The notes below the pieces were generated by a model, which ran no database searches, was not told the origin of the DNA, and saw only the letters and a list, made by a program, of their open reading frames with translations. Source: Macrostomum hystrix (Eukaryota; Animalia; Platyhelminthes). From it: a DNA stretch of 64,000 bases. The stretch covers positions 26,970,001 to 27,034,000 of the forward strand of contig CATNEN010000038.1 of the NCBI GenBank assembly GCA_950097015.1, read 5' to 3'. This document shows positions 1 through 10,000 of the stretch, in pieces (within the stretch, counting starts at the first letter, position 1; each line of letters opens with the position of its first letter). Made by a program: the position numbers and the translations under genes.

Positions 1-348
1 GCTGGGGAACCACAGGGAGTTGTCCAGCGGCAGAATGCCGTTCGAGTTCACCCGTTGCCATCCAGTTCGGTCCTCAACTCTCTCATCAGCCGAATCACTC
101 ACTCCGACCCATAGTTTGCAGCCGCAGCTCGCACTCGAGAAGCTGGAAAGCAGCTTCAGCGAGCTGTACGAGTTGATGAGCTCACCTCCGATCGACTCAC
201 ACTGCCTGTTAGCCGAGCACCAGGTGAAGCTATGCGCCGTGTTGAAATACACGCACCTGCCAGCCTCGAGGTTGAACGGCGTTGGGCACTGAGCCTGCAC
301 TGACAGCAGCTGAATGACTAGAGGCAGAAACACGAAACTTAGCAGCAT
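1..348 (-). CDS. Secreted C-type lectin domain protein, N-terminal part; runs off the window start
   Basis: Manual translation from ATG at 348: MLLSFVFLPLVIQLLSVQAQ (signal-peptide-like), then CPTPFNLEAGRCVYFNTAHSFTWCSANRQCESIGGEL...KLWVGVSD...GWQ...LWFPS. This fits the CTLD pattern CP..F...G.C.YF...TW..A...C...GG.L...WVG..D. Absent from the ORF track because no stop lies in the window. Confidence 0.85.
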   Translation of the reverse strand, partial: MLLSFVFLPLVIQLLSVQAQCPTPFNLEAGRCVYFNTAHSFTWCSANRQCESIGGELINSYSSLKLLSSFSSASCGCKLWVGVSDSADERVEDRTGWQRVNSNGILPLDNSLWFPS

Positions 349-2329
349 TGCAGCTGTGAGACTACCGTATTTGAAGGTTTCTTGAAGCTGAGCTCAAATG
401 AGTCTGCACTCAGCATGCAATGCTTTAATAATACGTGCGATCGGCTGGCTGACTTGACAAGCTGTTTTTCATTGGCTTTTATTGGCTTATAACTGGATTC
501 CATGATTTATGGTCTTGTTGCTGCTTTTTTCTTGTTGCATTTTGCTCCCATATTGCTCCGATATCCAGAATCCATTAGCCTGGGTGGAACTCTGCCGATC
601 CAGCTTTTTGACAATTTTTGGCTAGACTATTTGTTAACGCTTCAGTGAATCCAGGGCTACCGCTGTTACTGGGTCGATACCTTAAGTGACGTTTTGCGTC
701 AAGGTAATTCCACTCTCATTTTTTCTTGCAAAAAATCTAAAGTAAATATTTGCCACCGGCTGTAATATATAGGTCGTATGAATTAAAATAGGAGTAATTG
801 CTGAAACTCTCTGACTTATTAACTCTCATGGGGAGTGTTCGTGAATGACAGCTTCTTGCCTTCGAATGTGGTGGTTGTGTCGAACTCGATTAACTTCAGC
901 CTGTTGCCAAAGTACTGCGCTAAGTTTGGCAAGCGAAACAATGATGGGCGCATGTTCAGGGGCACCCTGAGAGCCATTGCGATCAGCAGCAGCTCCATGT
1001 CTGAGAATGAGATTCGGGACTTCTTCACCTTGGTCGTGTGAATGCCTTCTGATTTTATGTTGCGGTATCGTCGAGAAAATGAAAATTAGTACTCTTTAAG
1101 TACTTTTAAATACTTCAAATCAATTTAAAATGCTTTTCCCAACAAGCTTTTTCAATATGATATTTTGTTTTAATTTTTAATTTTTCAAAATTAATTAAGT
1201 TTTTCTTTTTTTTCTTTCTTTCCTTTTAATTAAGTTTTAATTATTCTTAATTCTCTTTTTTTGGTTTAAGGTCTTATAGTTTTTTTATCTCTAAATATAA
1301 TTTATAGTTTAGTCGAAAATTATACTATATTATGCCGAGAAAATCGGTTTCCTGCTGATTGAAGCGATTGATATCCCATTCCTTTAACAATGTCGAATCA
1401 TTGGCCTTTAAGCCCTGTGCTACAGTTCGCTGGGCCCTACCACCATTAATTGTTTTTGGAGAGGAATATTGATCTTAAATATGAAATCTGAGAATCTATA
1501 CACGAGACTACGGATCGGTTGATTTGCGATGCAGCTTTTTGTATGTCAGCAACTCATTTGGCTATTGACAAAGTTTTATCTATCCAATTTCATTATGTCA
1601 CAACGATGCAAGGCTCGTTCACGCTGAAAATCTGATCTGAAAATGTGGAAATCACTAATGAAAACTAAATTTTCGTTTTTGACTCGAGAAAGGAGTAAAG
1701 AGATTTTGCAAGCGTAAGAGTAACAGCTACGCAATATTTCTGTAGTTATTTTATCTTTCCTTCGTCGTGCACTACCTTGTACTCGTGTTTTTATACTCAA
1801 CTACTAATAGTACTGGCTGTGCATTTTTATAGTTTTTTTTTCTGGATCTTTTCCCCAGAAAACGTATATTGTATCAATATATCAATGTATCAATTCGGAA
1901 CAATATATCGTATATTGATCCGAATGATTAATCATCTTATCAATCTTAGGCTTTTGCGCTTCTTTAGCTCCCCTCCCCCAGTCCATGGACTGTGCAGCTG
2001 TGCACAGCAGCTTTTGTTAGCGCCGCGCAATGGTAGATTGCTATATGCGTAGCATCGGTAAATAATGGCCATAGATTTTGGCATTGTATTTATGACACAA
2101 TGGGGCATTATCATATAGACTATCGTTTTTTAATCCATTTTTTATGAAGCTGTTACTCGTAATTCACGATAAATTGCCAGAGATTATGAGCGAGAAATTC
2201 ACTGTTTTATTAATTTAAGCAACAAGAACTTTAACAGGAAACAGATCTAGGATGTAGCAAAGCAAACGAATACCAAAGTATTTAATTTTTGACAGTGAAG
2301 ACTTATAAGTACGAGCTATATATTCTTTG

Positions 2330-3037
2330 TTAGAAGTTGAACGTGCACCCATCGAAGAGGCAGTTGGCAAACATCGGCTGTTGCACACTTCGCATGTCAA
2401 CTTCAGCTTGCTGCATGACTGTTGCACTAGTGGTTGCACTCGTAGTCGGGTCGGTTGGTGGGGCCAAATTGTCACTAACAGCGGTAGCAACCTTCCTGAG
2501 GGTTCTGTCATGCTTGCGTGCGAGATAACGTCGAACAGTGGACTCCGATCGTTGTCCCGTTACCGCCATTATCTCACCCATAGGCATTCCTTTGTCGAAA
2601 AGATCCGCAATACGCGTGACGCGTACGCAGTGATTCGTGTACTGCTTGGAGAGGTTGCACACACGTGCTTCATGAATGCAGCCAACCAATTGACACCGCG
2701 CACTTGCGTAGCAGAGAAGCGAATTTGTCCTCCCAAATTGTTAGTCAGAGGGCGCGGAAAGAACGAGGACGAATTCTGCGGTAACAAACCCTGATAATGC
2801 AGGATCAACTCCCGCTGAGCGCCGTAGATCCGACTCTGTTTGCGCTGATTTCCTTTGCATTTTGTTGGATCGCTACTCTGGTTTTTTGTCTTTAACGCAA
2901 GATATGAATTCCCATCAGCGTCGACTTCTTCTTGGAGCGTGCCAACTTGCTTAATTGAGTTCTTCGCATGCAGTTCTTCAAGTTCTTAGCTAGCGGGCCA
3001 AAGAGAGAACACAAAAGACCACAGTGGGCCGCATTGA
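2330..3037 (-). pseudogene. Degenerate tyrosine recombinase of Crypton/DUF3504 type (transposon remnant)
   Basis: Two frames join to ...YLALKTKNQ...FFPRPL...RGVNWLAAFMKHVC/CNLSKQYTNHCVRVTRIADLFDKGMPMGEIMAVTGQRSESTVRRY. This matches Crypton-type motifs TKN, NHxxR and IMxxTGH(K/R)SxxSxxxY. In-frame TAA near 2986-2988 and a frameshift near 2660. Confidence 0.8.
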
Positions 3038-3075
3038 CTGTAGAAATATGAGATAGAGGAATAATGATACAGAAT

Positions 3076-4570
3076 AGATGACAGGGAGAGATAAGACACA
3101 GGAGAGATGAGACAAGGGAGAGATGAGACAGGGGAGAGATGAGACAGGGGAGAGATGAGACACAGGAGAGATGAGACAAGGGAGAGATGAGACAAGGGAG
3201 AGATAAGACACAGGAGAGATGAGACACGGGAGAGATGAGACAGGGGAGAGATGAGACAAGGGAGAGATGAGACACGGGATAGATAAGAAAGGGGAAAGAT
3301 GAGACACGGGAGAGATGAGACACGGGAGAGATGAGACAATGGGAGATGAGACAGTGGAGAGATGAGACAGGGGAGAGATGAGACACGGAAGAGATGAGAC
3401 AATGGGGGATGAGACAGTGGAGAGATGAGACAGGGGAGAGATGAGACACGGAAGAGATGAGACAATGGGAGATGAGACAGTGGAGAGATGAGAAAGGGGA
3501 GAGATGAGACACGGAAGAGATGAGACAATGGGAGATGAGACAGTGGAGAGATGAGACAGGGGAGAGATGAGACACGGAAGAGATGAGACAATGGGGGATG
3601 AGACAGTGGAGAGATGAGACAGGGGAGAGATGAGACACGGAAGAGATGAGACAATGGGAGATGAGACAGTGGAGAGATGAGAAAGGGGAGAGATGAGACA
3701 CGGAAGAGATGAGACAATGGGAGATGAGACAGTGGAGAGATGAGACAGGGGAGAGATGAGACACGGAAGAGATGAGACAATGGGAGATGAGACAGTGGAG
3801 AGATGAGACAGGGGAGAGATGAGACACGGAAGAGATGAGACAATGGGAGATGAGACAGTGGAGAGATGAGACAGGGGAGAGATGAGACACGGAAGAGATG
3901 AGACAATGGGAGATGAGACAGTGGAGAGATGAGACAGGGGAGAGATGAGACACGGAAGAGATGAGACAATGGGAGATGAGACAGTGGAGAGATGAGACAG
4001 GGGAGAGATGAGACAAGGGAGAGATGAGACACGGGATAGATAAGAAAGGGGAAAGATGAGACACGGGAGAGATGAGACACGGGAGAGATGAGACAATGGG
4101 AGATGAGACAGTGGAGAGATGAGACAGGGGAGAGATGAGACACGGAAGAGATGAGACAATGGGGGATGAGACAGTGGAGAGATGAGACAGGGGAGAGATG
4201 AGACACGGAAGAGATGAGACAATGGGAGATGAGACAGTGGAGAGATGAGAAAGGGGAGAGATGAGACACGGAAGAGATGAGACAATGGGAGATGAGACAG
4301 TGGAGAGATGAGACAGGGGAGAGATGAGACACGGAAGAGATGAGACAATGGGAGATGAGACAGTGGAGAGATGAGACAGGGGAGAGATGAGACACGGAAG
4401 AGATGAGACAATGGGAGATGAGACAGTGGAGAGATGAGACAGGGGAGAGATGAGACACGGAAGAGATGAGACAATGGGAGATGAGACAGTGGAGAGATGA
4501 GACAGGGGAGAGATGAGACACGGAAGAGATGAGACAATGGGAGATGAGACAGTGGAGAGATAAGAGAGGG
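3076..4570. repeat. GAGATGAGACA-core minisatellite, 15-16 bp monomers in a 63-bp higher-order unit
   Basis: Direct inspection; produces three spurious 540-580 aa minus-strand ORFs with 21-aa periodicity. Confidence 0.95.
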
Positions 4571-4649
4571 CAAAGATGAAACAGGATACTGTATAGGTGC
4601 TGGAAGGGGCAACGGAACAACCGTAACTGTGTATCAACTGTTGATAGAA

Positions 4650-5760
4650 ATAGTTACAAAAAACAAATAAAGCAGAAGATTTGACGATAAATTATTGTGA
4701 TGCTTTTTAGTTTAGATATAATTGTTTTTATTAAGGGCAGTATATATTATTGATGATTTATTTTAGTCAGAGCTTCATAAGTTAACTTTTTTCAGCTATT
4801 AAATGTTTTATTAGTGTAAATTTTAGCTTTGCAAAACAAGAAAATGAAGTTAAATTTCTTTTTAATACTAGAGAAAAGCGGCTTATAATACGAAATTTTG
4901 AAGGGACGTGACGGTACCTATTAGTGTACTAATATAGTTATTTAATAAATAGAATAAACAGTTACTATTAAAATAATGTTAGTAACGAAGCACTAAAGTA
5001 AGTTTTCTTTAAAAAATGAATAGTTTAACAATTTTACACAAGGACACTAATTGTGCGGTTATGATACGTATAAAGACTAACAAAAGTAACTAATAAGAAA
5101 AAACTATTGATTTGAATGACGATGAAGCTTGCCTGCGAAATCCGCTTGCCAAAAATGATTTCTTATAGAAAATTGAAAAATTTGACGAAAATTCCATTTT
5201 TGGAAAGAGGGCAAGCAGAAAATGTTTTGAAAAAAAAGAGAATAACAAATGACCGACACCTATTGTTCTAGTCCAAATCTAGAAGCTTGCATTTAAATTC
5301 AGTTCTACACTACTTGAAAGTAGTATATTAAAGTCTAATGAAAAACTTAACCGCAAGCTGTCGGTTTTGGACTAATTAATCGACTACAAAACACCAGTGT
5401 TAAGCGAGGTAAATCTAAGCTTTGATGATTTGATGCATTTTACAAAGTAATAATCAGATTGAATAGTGAATTACGATACGATTCTTTCACGGGAAAAAAA
5501 CTGATTATTAAGCGAAAGCATTGCAGAGAATTCTATAGTGCCTAATAAAAACTTGCTATTAATATTTTGTTGCGAAGCGAAAAATCGATGATAAATAAAG
5601 TTATAAAGTAGGGTAGGGTAGCTAGCTGCTGCTTAAATTGGTTTATTAAAAATATAATAGCAGCGAAGCAGTTAGCAGAGCGTAAATTAAATAGTCTGCT
5701 GTAACATTACATTTTTTGCTTCAGTTCGCAATTCATTAAAGATCGAAAGAATCAGTCCAC
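4650..5760 (-). other. Probable terminal 3' UTR exon of the ankyrin gene
   Basis: Strong acceptor tattcgtttttaattccag| at 5761; AT-rich downstream with several AATAAA hexamers on the minus strand; 3' end approximate. Confidence 0.5.
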
Positions 5761-5813
5761 CTGGAATTAAAAACGAATAGTAAATAAATAATCTGCTTAG
5801 GGGGAGCTTAAGG

Positions 5814-6246
5814 TCGGGTTGAGAGGCAGGGAGTGAGGTGGCTGCCTGGGGGTTGAGAGGCAGGGAGTGAGGTGGCTGCCTATGGTTTCAGAGGCAGGGA
5901 GTGAGGTGGCTGCCTACGGTTTGGGAGGCAGGGAGAGAGGTGGCTGCCTACGGTTTCGGAGGCAGGGAGTGAGGTGGCTGCCTGGGGGTTGAGGGGCAGG
6001 GAGTGAGGTGGCTGCCAACGGTTTCGGAGGCAGGGAGTGAGGTTGCTGCCTGGGGGTTGAGAGGCAGGGAGTGAGGTGGCTGCCTACGGTTTGGGAGGCA
6101 GGGAGTGAGGTGGCTGCCTGGGGGTTGAGAGGCAGGGAGTGAGGTGGCTGCCTACGGTTTGGGAGGCAGGGAGTGAGGTGGCTGCCTGGGAGTTGAGAGG
6201 CAGGGAGTGTGGTGGCTGCCTGGGGGTTAAGGTCAGGGAGTGAAGT
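5814..6246. repeat. 34-bp minisatellite (gaggcagggagtgaggtggctgcctgggggttga)
   Basis: About 12 tandem copies filling the intron between 5760 and 6306. Confidence 0.95.
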
Positions 6247-6305
6247 GGGTGCTTTTATGTGTTCCAAGCGATTTAAAATCATTCACGAGTGTCATTATTT
6301 CTTAC

Positions 6306-6391
6306 CCAGTAGAGAAAATAGTTATTAAAGTAAGCGTTTTAGTAGGCCGGTATCAGATGTAGCAGCTTCGCCTCGCTTCACTTGGCCTCCT
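6306..6391 (-). CDS. ANK2: Ankyrin alternative C-terminal/UTR exon (EEAK-stop if entered in phase 1)
   Basis: Acceptor cttcgctttcag|AG GAG GCC AAG TGA; donor TGG|gtaaga at 6305. Confidence 0.55.
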
Positions 6392-6817
6392 CTGAAAGCG
6401 AAGTAAAACAAATGGTTAAAACATACAAAACCTTTTTAAGCATAGCAGAATCGATAGAATAAAAGCAGGTATTGTTAGTACGTTTTGACACTAAATAATA
6501 ACCTTTTCATTAGTAGATAAACTGTGCTAAACGTAAGCGTAAGACATAAATTACCAATTGGTAGAAGCGTTTGTACATTTGTTTACTAAACAATCTGTGA
6601 TTCACCCACAAGCAAGCACAACAGTAAAAAACAGGCCAAATCGACGCAATCAATTGTGCAGTCAAATCAGTTCTTGGTGTGCCAAGTTAATTGTTTGCTA
6701 AATAAAATATACGAACTACAATTAGTTAGATAATACCTATTGAACAGTTTTCTGAGAATTAGTAATATTTAAGACAGGCACCTTGCACTATTACTGTGTC
6801 CCGGGTTACACCTGAAA

Positions 6818-7014
6818 TTAGCGCTTTTTCTTCTGATTGCGTCTCTTCTTCTTTCCGCCTTGCAGCTGCTGCAGCTGCTGCTGTTGCTGCTCTTCATCGG
6901 CTTCCGGCGGCTGATCTACAGCTTCCGCTGCATCGGCGCCGACATTCACTTCGTCTTCCGGAGTGCTAACGGGAGACTGAGCAACCGGTTCCGATTCCGG
7001 TATAACTTCCAGAA
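6818..7014 (-). CDS. ANK2: Ankyrin C-terminal coding exon ([10 protein letters not shown]...QQQQQ...[11 protein letters not shown]-stop)
   Basis: Phase-1 acceptor gaaccag|TT; acidic, then polyQ, then basic tail; TAA at 6818-6820; donor-like CAG|gtgtaa 6 nt after the stop. Confidence 0.75.
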
Positions 7015-10000
7015 CTGGTTCATTTAATTTCAATTAGATTATTTAGTTTTTTTAGGAATTGAAGGACGAATGGAATTTTCTAATTATAGAAAATCAAGGC
7101 AGAAGACATGTCCGCTAAATGCTACTAAATAAGTAACGCTTATGGAAAACTCATTTGAAAATAAAACAATATGCTAGCGTTGCTAAAATAGGAACAGGGT
7201 GATTTAACTACGATTTACAACACCAAAAACAGACGGGCAGCGATACTAAATTTAGTAAGCTAGTGTAGGCAATACAGATGCATAAAACCTTCAATCAGCT
7301 AGCCTCCATTTGCTAATCATACTACTGAGCGGGGCATATTAATGCGCATCCTCATAATTGTCAACTACACAATGTGTTAAGCACAGGAGCAAGCAAAAAT
7401 TGTACTTAACAAAAATGATTTTTAGGATTTTCAAGTTCAACTAATAACTAATACTATTATGACTAGGTCAGACGTGTAGCTATTTTTGTGTACTTTCGTT
7501 CTTTTACCAGACAGACAAAGACAGGCATTCAGACAGACAGAAACAGACAGGCAGTCGGACAGACAGATCTTAACAGACATCACCGCACTCAAGGCTACCT
7601 TCCAGCGCCTTCAAAGCATCGTGAACAGCTTCGTCGACAAGTTGATGGGCGGCAATGCGCAGACTAGCATTATCCGCCTCGCCATTGTCGTTGCCCTCGC
7701 CAATCTCGTCGCTAATCAGGCTGACAACTTCTCGCCTAGTCCTAGTAATAATCCTTCGCTTCACAATGCTACCATCCGGCAGTTCTTCTTCAGTTTCGGC
7801 CACCTCTTCTTCAACACCTTCAGCGTCGTCTTTATCGTCAACAGAGGCTCCACAGCCGCCGATTTCGATAGCCTGAGCTGCGGCGGCCGCATTAATATGC
7901 GGATCGCAGCCCTCAGCAACTATTCTCTCCGTCACCTCCTGTACAAGGCGACGCTTCACAACACGCCGGTGAATAATACCGCCGTCGGGTAGGGCCTCCT
8001 CGAAGTCGGCTACTTCAACGAATTCCTGGGCCGGCTCGGAGCTGACAAGCTCGCGGCGCACAGTCAGGCTGTGGTGGTGAGACTGATGATGACGATGGCT
8101 GTCGCTGGGAGCCGATTCTAAAAAAAGGGAGAATTATTTTTACTTAGATTTTTATAATTTTAGATTTTGGTGAGAATTGCCGGGAACACTATGAGATTGA
8201 TGATTCATAACCGACCAAATAGTTTTATAACTAATATTTCCGGCCTAATACATTAGTTTCAATAGACGAGAATAGGGAACATATTTAACGATAGATCGAG
8301 AGTTCGAATTCGACATTTCGAATTCCTCACGGAAACGAGATATTTAATTTCGGATAAGTTCAGTTCAACCAGGTGTGCATCCTAGGTCGAAGATTCGAAC
8401 TCTCGACCTCTGATTTAGAAGACTTAAGCTTTAATAATTAATTTGAAAACTTTTTTCAACGTTGAAACTGTTGCAATATCTAGCCGATATGTATTGAAAA
8501 ACTTATAACTAAAGTACCATTAAAGTCGGGATTAAATTTCTTGAAAGCCAACTATACAATTCATTTTTCATAGCTTAAAGTGCATAGTTGTGTGGCCGGG
8601 AAAGACTCGCGGTGCGTTTTTAGCGTGTGTGAGAGCTGTTTGAGTCACTTAAAATCATAATAAGCCAGGTGCAAGGAGTACAAGATGTAATTCTTATTTT
8701 TATAAGCTAATAAACATATACGATAGTTAGGAATACGCATTGATTAAAATAAGCCTATGGCAAATGCGCAATCCATATTGTTTATGTAGTATATTATATA
8801 ATCCTAGGGATAACTAACTTTTGGGATAATTTCTTACACAACATACAAGAGCAAACCATCTAAATATTTATTTTTTAGGCTACTAACAGTAATCTATTTT
8901 AGACTCGCGTGTACTATTATTTTCAAGCAAATAAAATAAATAAATAGTATAATACACATTTAAACTACTAATAGTAGCCTAAACAAAGTAAAAACGTTAG
9001 AAATATGAAAGCCTGACCAAAAGAATAAATACTGCCCGCTATTATTTTTCACAAAGGGGACGCAAGGACTTGGCTGAGCCAGATATGACAATAGAACAGC
9101 ACAGTTTCATTTTTACAACAATTAATTGAAACTATCTATTACAGAAGTATTTGGTAACATTCTATTTTTATTCTATCTTCAATTACTAAAAAGTAAACAG
9201 GATTGACATGAAAATTATGTATTTATATTTAGTCCTAGGATTTGTGCAACTAAAAGAACACAAATTGAATTATCATTGTTATCAGTTGAATCTATATTTA
9301 TTAGACTATAATAGAGATTTAACACCGTGTGCCGTCATAGTCACATGTCAATTCTTTGAATGATGATTGACATTCTATTCGACTGACTGACTGTCAGCGG
9401 GCTGAAATCAGTCAGGAGGCAAGGGGGGCCAATGGCATGGTTACGCATAATAAAACAGCATAAATTATGAAAATTGCTAATGTTCTTTCAACAGTAGAAC
9501 TACCAAGGGGGATTCCCCCCCCCCGCCGACAATTATTTGTGCTGCACCCGAACGGAGCAATGAAAGCACACAAAACTCAAGAACATAGGCCAACTTTTTG
9601 TTGCGCATTGACTGTCGAGATATTCAATGAATCTGGCCGAAGGTCGGATTTCATACACCCCTATACACGAATTTGCACTGCGCCTCAGTGCGGCCTTGCC
9701 AGGCCTTCAAAATTTATCAGCATCTCACCCGAATGTGCCTGCATCATCTCCGTCTTCGGTGGTCACCTGCCTTTATCTAGGACGGACTGCTGGACCTTCA
9801 AGGGCTGGAACAGGTGGAACTAGGCTACCATGGACACCCTTGACGCAAATTTCTCCAATTTCACTGATCAAGCCTAAATACGAGGCGCAGTTCAACCACA
9901 GGACACCCTCGTTTAGTCTGTTAATCAATCCGTCACCACTAAACGCTGTTAGCATTCGGGCGCGGCCAAAATATTTCGCCGTTCCTAAAAAAACCCCCTT

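Noticed and set aside
2892-4637. Three overlapping 540-581 aa ORFs
   Set aside because: Translations of a 63-bp satellite that lacks stops in all three minus frames; no coding signal.
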